Of a DNA stretch of 64,000 bases, positions 41,092-49,587 are shown piece by piece. Position numbers and translations under genes: made by a program. How positions within the stretch are numbered: position 1 is the first letter of the stretch; each line of letters starts with the position of its first letter. The stretch comes from an uncultured Spirochaetota bacterium. GTDB taxonomy: Bacteria > Spirochaetota > Spirochaetia > SZUA-6 > Fen-1364. Under the pieces are notes generated by a model that saw only the letters and a list, made by a program, of their open reading frames with translations, was not told where the DNA came from and searched no databases. The stretch covers positions 32,001 to 96,000 of the forward strand of contig CAVTHO010000010.1 of NCBI GenBank assembly GCA_963734545.1, given 5' to 3'.

Positions 41092-42496
41092 TTATTCGCG
41101 TGTCCGTTGCCGCAGCCTTTTGTTGAACGCCTGGTGCGAGATGCCCAGCATCCTTGCTGCGATGCTCTGGTTGCCGTCCGCGCGTTTCAGCGCCTCGTCG
41201 ATCAGCAGCTCTGCCGCCTCGTCAAGGGTGGGCAGCCTTTCCGAGAAGCCAAGGAGGGCCGGGGCCGATTCGCCCGGCTCCCGGGGGGTCTCCCGCGGGA
41301 TGCCCGCCTTGCCATCCATGAGGACAAGGTTGGGAGAGGATTGCCGTGACACGGCATCGTAGCACCATCGAGCGGAGCTCGCGGACGTTGCCGGGAAAAT
41401 CGTAGGCCTCGAGACGCTTCATCTCCTGCGGCGTCACGGATGGCTTCTTCTTTTCGAGCTTCGCGCACGCCTCATCGAGAAAATGGTCCAGCAGAAGCGG
41501 CAGGTCGTCCTTCCTGTCCCGCAGCGGGGGCACCCGAAGCTCGTGCGTGGAAAGACGATAGTACAGGTCCTTTCGAAACTTCCCTTCCGAGATGAGGGCG
41601 GCGAGGTCGTGGTTGGTGGCGACAAGGATCCGGGCCGCGGAGCGTCTCGGGAGATCCGAGCCAAGGGGATAGTATTCGCCGGTATCCAGCAGGCGCAGGA
41701 GCTTCACCTGCGACTGGATGGACAGGTCCCCGATCTCGTCGAGAAAAAGCGTTCCGCCTCCGGCCTGCTGCACGTGCCCGGCCCGGTCTTCCTTGGCGTC
41801 GGTGAACGCGCCCTTGCGGTGCCCGAACAGCGTGTCCGAGAACATGTCATCATTCACACCCGCAACATTTTCCTCGAGGAGGGTTCCCTCCCGGCCGCTC
41901 GCCGCATGAACTGCAGCGGCGAGCAGGCCTTTGCCGGTGCCCGTCTCGCCCGTGATCAGTATCGGCTCGGCGGTTTTCGCAACGGATTCGACGATCCGGA
42001 AAAGCGACATCATCACGCTGTTCCGCGTGACCAGGCCAGAGAAGATCTCCGGATGGGCCAGGTGCGGGGAAAGCATTCCCTCCTTCAGGCGCCGGTAGTC
42101 ACGAGAGAGCTTCCTGATCTCGATGGCCCTGCGGACCCCGCTCACCAGGCGGCTTTCCTCCACCGCTTTCACCATGTAGTCGACCGCGCCGGCTTTCATG
42201 CACTCCACGGCAGCGCTCACGTCGTTCGAGCCCGTGACCACGATGACCGGGACCTGCGGCATCTCCTCGTGGATCGCCGCCAGGAGCTTTTCCCCGGGCA
42301 GGTGGGGCATGGTGAGGTCCAGGAGAACGAGCTCGATCTCCCTGCCGCGAAGGATGCTCATGGCCTCACGGCTGTCGGTGCACGCGACGAGGTTGTCGAT
42401 CCCGTTGGACCTGAGCCCGAGGCTCAGGCTGTCGATGACCGGCTGCTCGTCGTCGATGAGCAGGATCGGGTTCTCAGGGTTTCCACGTGCGCTCAT
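41092..42496 (-). CDS. NtrC-family sigma54-dependent response regulator; frameshift near 41350
   Basis: [51 protein letters not shown]; [16 protein letters not shown] in ORF 41092-41352. Confidence 0.9.
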
Positions 42497-45426
42497 TGTT
42501 CCGCCTCCGCGGGAAGGATCACCGTCGCCTCGGTGCCGACCCCCACTTTCGATTTCAGCTCCAGCGTCCCGTTGTGAGCGGTGACGATGGCCTTGGACAC
42601 GTGCAACCCGAGGCCGGTGCCTCCGCTCGCCTCGCGGGTGGTGACGAACGCTTCCCCCATACGGGGCAGGATCTCCGCCGGGATGCCGACGCCCTCGTCG
42701 CAGACGATGACCCGCAGCGTGGCGGCCGTCTCGCCGGGGCAGCTGCGGACCGTGATCGCCTTGTCCCTGCCGCCAAGAGACTGGCAGGCGTTCAGGATGA
42801 GATTGATGAACACCTGCTCGAGTCTCTGCGCGCTGCCGCGCGTCCGGGGCAGGCCGGGGCGCAGCTCCAGCGCGAAGCGGTCCGTGGACCTCTTGATGTG
42901 GCCGCCCAGGAGGTCGACCGCATTGCGGATTGCGGTGTTGACGTCGAACAACGCCGCGCCCCGGCCCGGTGCGTCCGCGCTGAAATCCCGCAGATTCTTG
43001 ATGATCCCGTCGATGAGGGCAGAGCTGTTCACGATCCCGGCGAGGATCCCGGGCAAACTGGCGCGGAACTCCACGGCGTCCAGTCCCCCGATCAGAAGCC
43101 CCTCGGTCCCGGCCGTTGCTGCTTCGAGCAGGGCGGCAAGCTGGGGCGACGCGTTCGCGAGCAGCGTCGCGTTGAGAAGAATCACCTGGTTGGGCACGTT
43201 GATCTCGTGCGCCAGGCCCGCGGCGAGCACACCGAGGGAGGTGAGCTTGTCCATGCGCATGAAGTTCTGCTGCTGCAGCCGGGCCATTTCCTCTTCGCGT
43301 TTCCTGCGTGTGATGTCACGGATGAGAACAGCGACTGCCGGTCTGCCGCGCCAGAGGGTGGGCCAATACACCAGCTCCACGGGCAGCTCGGCACCCGCCG
43401 CTGTGGCAGCGAGCGCTTCGGCGGGCGCGTCGGGCTGTACGCCGTAGGGGGGGAGCACGGCGGATCGGAAGAGCGCATCGAACCGAACCCGTGTCAGCCC
43501 GGGGGCCGCATAGCCCGTCATCTCGACGGCCCGCCGGTTCGCATAGACGGCGAAGTCATCGCTGAACACGATGATCCCGTCCTGGGCGTCCTCTGCCAGG
43601 GTGCGGAAGCTCGATTCAGCGCGCCCGATCGACTCTACCATCCGGTTGAACGAGCTCGCCAGGATGCCGATCTCGTCGTGGAAGTACACCCTGACCGCCG
43701 CGTCAAGGTCTCCGCTTTCCACCTGCCGCATTCCTCGGGACAGGGCTCGCAGGGGTATGAAGAGACTCGCCCGAAGAAGGAGTGGGATGAAGAAGAGCAC
43801 GAGGAGGCTCGCCCCGACTGTGAGCGCGGCGAGCACAGCGATCCTTTGGTTCAGGTAGCGCACAAAGCCTGCCTCATGCGACTCGAAAATCACGGCCGGG
43901 CGGGTGCCGAACCACGGGAGGCCGCGCGTGAAGCTGATCGGTTCCAGTGGCGCGGTGGAGCCCCCGGGATGAATGCCCGTCAGCCGGGGCGGAAACAGCG
44001 CCGGCCTGTCGCTCGAGGCAGGGTCTGCCCCGGTCGTGCTCGCGGCCGCGTAGTTGCGCAGCTGCTCGACTGAGGGGCCATGAGCGGGGGAAAGCGCCTC
44101 GAAGGACATCTCGATGGTGCCGTCCGCGCGAAGGACGAGCTGGATCGTGTTCTCGTTCTCGGCTCCCAGTTCAGGGAGGCGGAACCAGGTGATTGTCATC
44201 GAGTCCGGACGGGACTTGATATGCACCCCTCCGCTCCTCGAAGGGTCCAGGTTCATGATGAGCGGCGCGATGGCCGGTTGCGGGTTGTACCCTCCCCACC
44301 CGTTCTCCGGCGCGCTCTCCCCGAGATAGATCATCGGGCCGTTGAGGATGCGGACCAGGCGGTAGCGGGAAGAGAAAAAGGGAAAATCGAAGTCGAGCAC
44401 TGCAAAACGGGGGCGTCCGTAGACAATGTCCACCTTCGGCCCCAGGTCCGGATCGAAGGCGTCCGGCGCGCCCCTGATGTCGTAGCTTCCGAAGTCGTTC
44501 CGAGTGAAACGGATCGTCGAATGCTCCGGCGGCAGCGAGACAAGCGGATAGTCGCTCGCCGCAGTCTCTCCCACGAAAAGGGAGACGAGCCCCATGGTGC
44601 TCAGAATCAGGACAAGGGTGACCCCGATCAGCTTCACCTGCAGGGTCATGGGATCGGCGCTGTGGTTCAGATATGTGACGACGAATCCGAGATAGAACAG
44701 GAGAAGACCGAGCCAGGTGAGATAGTTCGCCAGGGAGAAGGGAAGGACGCCGTAGGTCACGGCGAACGCCGCGCCGATGGCCAGCACGGGAAGAAGGAGA
44801 ATCTCGGCGAGGGCCCGCGCCGACTCGGCATCGCGGCCGTGCGGCCGGACGATCCTGTCCAGAAAGGAGCGGGACGCACGGCCGGCGAGGTTCGCCGCCT
44901 TTCGGAACAGCAGGACGATCGCCCCGAGGAACTGTATCCCGAGGCTGACGTAGAACGTGTACCAATAGATGTTCCAGAGCCGCATGTCGCTGAAGTGCCA
45001 CTGCAGCAGGAAATGGTTGTACACATTGAGACCGAGGACGCCCGCGTTGAGGATGATCGAAAGAGTGAGGACGATCCTGAACTCTTTCCTCTCCACCCGC
45101 CTGAAACGCGGGAAATAGTAGGCAAAGAACAGAAGAAACACCATGGCGAGCGACAGGCCGATGTCACTCGCAAGGAGCACGAGCACTGTTTTGAGTGTGC
45201 GGGGCTGCCAGTAATATGGCCCGGCGAGCTCGAGGAACAAGGCGATGTTGAACAGGAACGCCCCGGAGAAAGCCCCTGCGAGGAACAGCGTGGCGAGTGT
45301 CTTCTTTGGCACCAGGAAGAGGTAGACGGCGATGACAAGGGAGAGCAGAAGGGCGGCCAGCCGTATGATTGAGAGTGAATCGAGATTCAACCAACCCGGC
45401 AGGAGTGTGATCGCAGCCTCCTCCAA
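42493..45426 (-). CDS. Multi-TM sensor kinase with extracytoplasmic NIDO-like domain, HAMP, PAS, HisKA and HATPase
   Basis: About 8 TMs; FDFPFFSSRY...IAPLIMNLDP...GGV...ITW...TIQLVLRADGTIEMSF; HAMP (DEIGILASSFNRM); AHEINVPN; GGTGLGL. Confidence 0.88.
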   Translation of the reverse strand: MEEAAITLLPGWLNLDSLSIIRLAALLLSLVIAVYLFLVPKKTLATLFLAGAFSGAFLFNIALFLELAGPYYWQPRTLKTVLVLLASDIGLSLAMVFLLFFAYYFPRFRRVERKEFRIVLTLSIILNAGVLGLNVYNHFLLQWHFSDMRLWNIYWYTFYVSLGIQFLGAIVLLFRKAANLAGRASRSFLDRIVRPHGRDAESARALAEILLLPVLAIGAAFAVTYGVLPFSLANYLTWLGLLLFYLGFVVTYLNHSADPMTLQVKLIGVTLVLILSTMGLVSLFVGETAASDYPLVSLPPEHSTIRFTRNDFGSYDIRGAPDAFDPDLGPKVDIVYGRPRFAVLDFDFPFFSSRYRLVRILNGPMIYLGESAPENGWGGYNPQPAIAPLIMNLDPSRSGGVHIKSRPDSMTITWFRLPELGAENENTIQLVLRADGTIEMSFEALSPAHGPSVEQLRNYAAASTTGADPASSDRPALFPPRLTGIHPGGSTAPLEPISFTRGLPWFGTRPAVIFESHEAGFVRYLNQRIAVLAALTVGASLLVLFFIPLLLRASLFIPLRALSRGMRQVESGDLDAAVRVYFHDEIGILASSFNRMVESIGRAESSFRTLAEDAQDGIIVFSDDFAVYANRRAVEMTGYAAPGLTRVRFDALFRSAVLPPYGVQPDAPAEALAATAAGAELPVELVYWPTLWRGRPAVAVLIRDITRRKREEEMARLQQQNFMRMDKLTSLGVLAAGLAHEINVPNQVILLNATLLANASPQLAALLEAATAGTEGLLIGGLDAVEFRASLPGILAGIVNSSALIDGIIKNLRDFSADAPGRGAALFDVNTAIRNAVDLLGGHIKRSTDRFALELRPGLPRTRGSAQRLEQVFINLILNACQSLGGRDKAITVRSCPGETAATLRVIVCDEGVGIPAEILPRMGEAFVTTREASGGTGLGLHVSKAIVTAHNGTLELKSKVGVGTEATVILPAEAEQ

Positions 45427-45547
45427 TGGAAGACCATCGGAGCCTGACGTGCAGCCCGCGTCAACTGGACCGAGTATACCATATTGCGTTCAGCGAAACG
45501 AGGGCCGCAATCCGGCCGCAGCAGCCGTTAATTCGTTCCATCAACCT

Positions 45548-45566
45548 GCGTTGCAGGCGGCAACGC
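45548..45566. promoter_or_regulatory. Inverted repeat, candidate activator-binding site
   Basis: GCGTTGC-aggcg-GCAACGC about 90 nt upstream of the sigma54 promoter at 45652, with an AT-rich tract between. Confidence 0.45.
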
Positions 45567-45651
45567 TGGTTGCAGCCTGACTCGAGCATGGCACGGGCGG
45601 ACTTCGACGCTAATTCCCTGTTCTATAATGAATTATGCTTCGGACGTGACC

Positions 45652-45667
45652 TGGCATCTCGATTGCA
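45652..45667 (+). promoter_or_regulatory. sigma54 (-24/-12) promoter
   Basis: TGGCATCTCGATTGCA, an exact GG-N10-GC, upstream of the lipoprotein ORF and divergent from the kinase-NtrC operon. Confidence 0.75.
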
Positions 45668-45740
45668 TTGCAGGAGGTAGAGATGCGCGTGGGCGGAATT
45701 GCATGAAGACGAGCCACGCACTCGGGCATGGGAGGTGCGT

Positions 45741-46199
45741 ATGAGACAGGCCCTGAGAATCCTGATCCTGCTTGCGGCGTCCGCGACAGTCATGAGTGCG
45801 TGCGATCTTCTGCCTGAAAACTGGGAATGGGCGACGGTGAGCGGACATGTCACATCATCTCTCGCCATAGTGGTCCGCCCCACTATCAAGGTCTCCGGGG
45901 CGGACGAAGCCGGGTGGGCCGACCTGACCGGCCTCGACCGTGAAAAAGGCTACTACGAAATTCGATGGATCGAGCCGGGGACCCATACGATCACCCTGAC
46001 ATATTCCGGCCCGCAGGGACACTCCGCAACCTGCTACAACGGCGCAACGCACGAGCACGTACCGGTCACGGCCGTGCGAGGACAAGAGTACTTCGACCCC
46101 CTGCGCGACGCCTACTACAATGAGTGGACGATCACCATCGAAGGCGTGTCCATCAAGGAAAACACGGAAATAGACTTCTTCCTGGGCTACGCCGGTTGA
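45741..46199 (+). CDS. Hypothetical lipoprotein (beta-rich)
   Basis: RBS GGAGG; MRQALRILILLAASATVMSA-C lipobox; beta-sandwich-like pattern (ATVSGHV...GYYEI..IEPGTHTITL). Confidence 0.7.
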   Translation: MRQALRILILLAASATVMSACDLLPENWEWATVSGHVTSSLAIVVRPTIKVSGADEAGWADLTGLDREKGYYEIRWIEPGTHTITLTYSGPQGHSATCYNGATHEHVPVTAVRGQEYFDPLRDAYYNEWTITIEGVSIKENTEIDFFLGYAG

Positions 46200-46228
46200 C
46201 AACTTCCGCCTGTGCGAAGGAGGCGGCT

Positions 46229-48010
46229 TTATGATTGCTCTCTCGCTGTGTCTCCGGTCGACAAAGCCGTGCTGCTGTTCTCAATCTTGAACTGGGCCAC
46301 CTGGCGCTGGAGCCCCTGCGCCATGCTGGACAGCTCCTCGGTTGCCGCCGACATCTGCTCCGCGGAAGAGGCGGCCGCCTGCGTGAGCTCGTTGACATTT
46401 TCCACCGCCCGCGAGACCTGCCGGGCGTTGGCGTTCTGCTCCTCTGTGGCCGTCGAGATGTTCTGACTCATCTGGTTGATGTTGACCAGCGCCTTTGCCA
46501 GGTCCCTGCTGGCCACCGTCTGCCGCGACATCGATCCGGACAGCTCCCCGATCATCTGCTGCACCTTCTGCGAGAAGACTCGAATCTGCTCCATTGCATC
46601 CTGGGAGCCGTGGGCGATCTCCACCTCCTGGGCCACGCTCTTCACGCTTTCCCTGATCAGCCCCGTGATTTCCTTGGTCGAGGCGGAGGAGCGGTCGGCC
46701 AGCTTGCTGACCTCGTCCGCCACCACCGCGAAGCCCCGCCCGTGCTCCCCGGCGCGCGCCGCCTCGATGGCGGCGTTCAGCGCCAGCAGGTTCGTCTGGT
46801 CGGCGATATCGGAGATCACGTCGATGATCCCCCCGATCTTCTCCGAGCTGCCGGCAATTCGGGTAATACCGGCGACCACCTCGCTGACCGCCTGGGCCCC
46901 TTCCTTCGACTTCTCCACCGACTGGTTGGCCAGCGTCGAAATCTCCCCAAGGCTTCGCGCAACCTCCTCTATTGATTTCTGCACCAGCTCCATCGAGCCG
47001 GTGCCCAGCTTGACCGCGGAAACCTGCGTCTGGGCGTGCTCGCTGACCTGGTCTACGCTGGAGGACAACTGCTCCACCGAGGCGGAGGTCTCTTCCAGGG
47101 TGGATGCCTGGCTCTGAGCCCCGTCTGCCAGGTTCTTCGCGCTCTCTGATATCTGCTCGCTGGAGGCCGCCAGATGCCGGGCGCTTTGTTGAACGGCGGC
47201 CACCATCTCCCTCAGCCGCACCGACATGTCGTTGAGCGCCTGCGCAAGCTTCCCGATCTCGTCTTTTTGGCTGATGGCAAGCTGATGCGTGAGATCGCCT
47301 TCAGCAATCCGGAGCGCAAGCGCGACGCTCTTGCTCAGGGGCCGGGTGATCGCCGCGGAAATGATGAAGCACAGGAGAAGCGCACACACGAGGATGGCTC
47401 CCGCAACGGCGAAAAGAAGGATCATGGACCTCGATTCTATGACGGCAACCATGCTTTCGATCCTCTGCGACTCCTCGTTCGCCATCTGCGCGACCTTCTC
47501 GGTGCTCGTGCGGTGGCTTTCGTAAAGGGGCGTCAGCTTTTCGTCGAAGAGCGTCGAGGCAAGCTCCTTGTTGCCCGCCTTGACCGCAGGAACGAATTCC
47601 GACTCGAGGATGGTGAAGTACTGGCTCGCGGTATCATAGGCTTCCTGGGTCATGGTGGCCTTGATGGGGCCCTCGGGAAGGTGTGTCGACCAGTACGTGT
47701 GCCTTGCTTCGAAGTCGATTCGCAGAGCCTGTACCTTCAGGCCGAGGCCCTCGATCTCCGCATCGCTCTTCGCGTCCCGCAGCTTGATCGTTGACAGATA
47801 GGTTTCAATGATGAATTCCATCGGCGGCAGGAGATCCGCGGCAAGATCCTTCTGCGTGATGATCTGGCGATAGAGGGGGCCCTTCACCTTGATCGTGGAG
47901 ATCATGAAGAGCGAGTACCCGCCGAGACCAAGGAAACCGAGTATGAAAACGACGCTGAGCATGATGAGTTTTCCGCGCATGCGGAGGTTCGCAATGAACC
48001 CTGCTTTCAT
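46229..48010 (-). CDS. Methyl-accepting chemotaxis protein (4-helix-bundle-sized sensor)
   Basis: TM, sensor, TM, HAMP; [33 protein letters not shown]; probable start MKAGF at 48010. Confidence 0.93.
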   Translation of the reverse strand: MKAGFIANLRMRGKLIMLSVVFILGFLGLGGYSLFMISTIKVKGPLYRQIITQKDLAADLLPPMEFIIETYLSTIKLRDAKSDAEIEGLGLKVQALRIDFEARHTYWSTHLPEGPIKATMTQEAYDTASQYFTILESEFVPAVKAGNKELASTLFDEKLTPLYESHRTSTEKVAQMANEESQRIESMVAVIESRSMILLFAVAGAILVCALLLCFIISAAITRPLSKSVALALRIAEGDLTHQLAISQKDEIGKLAQALNDMSVRLREMVAAVQQSARHLAASSEQISESAKNLADGAQSQASTLEETSASVEQLSSSVDQVSEHAQTQVSAVKLGTGSMELVQKSIEEVARSLGEISTLANQSVEKSKEGAQAVSEVVAGITRIAGSSEKIGGIIDVISDIADQTNLLALNAAIEAARAGEHGRGFAVVADEVSKLADRSSASTKEITGLIRESVKSVAQEVEIAHGSQDAMEQIRVFSQKVQQMIGELSGSMSRQTVASRDLAKALVNINQMSQNISTATEEQNANARQVSRAVENVNELTQAAASSAEQMSAATEELSSMAQGLQRQVAQFKIENSSTALSTGDTAREQS

Positions 48011-48159
48011 TGGCCCGTCTCCTTCCCCCCCGCCGCCTTCTCGCCATATAAAGGAATGATAAATTATAGTATAGCGTTTCGGCTGGATTCTTCCAGCGAA
48101 AGAATCAGGGCGGGAGATTCGTTTGACATGCGCGGCCGCACGGAGTCGAGGAGAAGACA

Positions 48160-49290
48160 ATGAAGACCAGAACTCTCGGGAGAACAGATCTTGAAGTCAG
48201 CGTCATCAGCCTGGGCACGGAGTATCTCATCAACCTTCCCCGGCACCATGTCGTGGAGGTGATTCACAGGGCCATTGAGCGTGGAATCAACTATTTCGAT
48301 CTCTTTTGGGCTCAGGCGGCGTTCCGCGATACCATGGGAGCGGCTTTCAAGGGCTGCCGGGAGAAAGTTCTTCTCGCCGCCCACCTGGGATCCGCCGATA
48401 TCAACGGGCAATATGAACGAACCCGGGATCCTGCGCTCTGCGAACGTTTCTTCCTGGACTTCCTGGCGAGGTATCAGATCGACTGCGTGGACATTCTCTT
48501 CCTCCATAACAGTGAATCTCAGGAAGACTATGATGGTCTGATGAGGCCCGGCGGCCTGCTGGAAATGGCAACCCGCTATCAACGGGAAGGAAAAACCCGA
48601 TACATCGGGTTCAGCGGCCACAATGCTTCGACCTCCCGGCAAGCGGCTGAGTGCGGCGCCATTGACGTGCTCATGTTTCCCCTGAGTTTCACGAACCATG
48701 CCATGCCCGGCAGGCCGGAGTTGCTCGAGGCCTGTCTCACGCACAACGTGGGGCTGGTCGCAATGAAACCGTTTGCCGGAGGAAATCTGCTCAGAAAAGA
48801 ACCCACAATTGAGGTCACCGACTATCAGATGGGAAGAGCAGAGGCAGCCGGGTCACCGACGCAATTCACGAAATCCAGGGAGATAACCCCGGTGCAGTGT
48901 CTTTCATACGTCCTGGACCTGCAGGGCGTTTCAACTGTCGTGCCGGGCTGTGCCAATATCGAGCAGTTGGAGGCGGCATTGGCCTGCTGTGATGCGAGTA
49001 CCGAGGATCAAAAGTATGCCGCGCTCCTGCCGGATTTTGACCGCTACAGAACCGGGGTCTGCATCCACTGCAATCACTGTCTGCCTTGTCCGGCACACAT
49101 CGATATTGGCCATGTCCTGCGACTGCTCCAAATGGCGCACAATAACCGGAGATCGGAGGCTCGGACCGCTTACCACACCCTTTCCGCCGATGCCTCGGAC
49201 TGCATCCGGTGCGGTGACTGCGCGGGACGCTGCCCCTTTGGCGTTGAGGTCATCGCCCGGATGGAAGAGGCGGTCGCGATTCTTGGATGA
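48160..49290 (+). CDS. Aldo/keto reductase with C-terminal 4Fe-4S dicluster
   Basis: [38 protein letters not shown]; [11 protein letters not shown] and [12 protein letters not shown]. Confidence 0.92.
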   Translation: MKTRTLGRTDLEVSVISLGTEYLINLPRHHVVEVIHRAIERGINYFDLFWAQAAFRDTMGAAFKGCREKVLLAAHLGSADINGQYERTRDPALCERFFLDFLARYQIDCVDILFLHNSESQEDYDGLMRPGGLLEMATRYQREGKTRYIGFSGHNASTSRQAAECGAIDVLMFPLSFTNHAMPGRPELLEACLTHNVGLVAMKPFAGGNLLRKEPTIEVTDYQMGRAEAAGSPTQFTKSREITPVQCLSYVLDLQGVSTVVPGCANIEQLEAALACCDASTEDQKYAALLPDFDRYRTGVCIHCNHCLPCPAHIDIGHVLRLLQMAHNNRRSEARTAYHTLSADASDCIRCGDCAGRCPFGVEVIARMEEAVAILG

Positions 49291-49350
49291 GCGGAAGCAG
49301 GGCGGGTAGAGATGCGTCGCGTGTGATGTGCGCGGGCCCGGCCGGGCGCT

Positions 49351-49500
49351 TTACCGCCTTCCCATACCCGGGTGCTTTGGCGCGATCTTGAAATGCTCCT
49401 CGAAACGCAGGATGTCCCGTCCTCGCTTCACTACCGACTTCTGCGGGCGCAGATCTTTCGGGTGCTTCGCCGGCCTCCTGGACTTTCCGTTCCTGCTCAT
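49351..49500 (-). CDS. Small basic hypothetical protein (49 aa), absent from the ORF track
   Basis: AGGAGG 6 nt before ATG; MSRNGKSRRPAKHPKDLRPQKSVVKRGRDILRFEEHFKIAPKHPGMGRR*. Confidence 0.5.
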   Translation of the reverse strand: MSRNGKSRRPAKHPKDLRPQKSVVKRGRDILRFEEHFKIAPKHPGMGRR

Positions 49501-49587
49501 CGTCCGCCTCCTGCCTGGGAGAGGTTCTCAAGGAAGGCTACCACGATTCGGCTGCGGGCGCTACTCGATCCAGGCCTGGAAGCCCGG

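Noticed and set aside
45588-45604. TGGCACG upstream of the lipoprotein as a second sigma54 site
   Set aside because: It lacks the -12 GC; the correctly spaced site is at 45652-45667.
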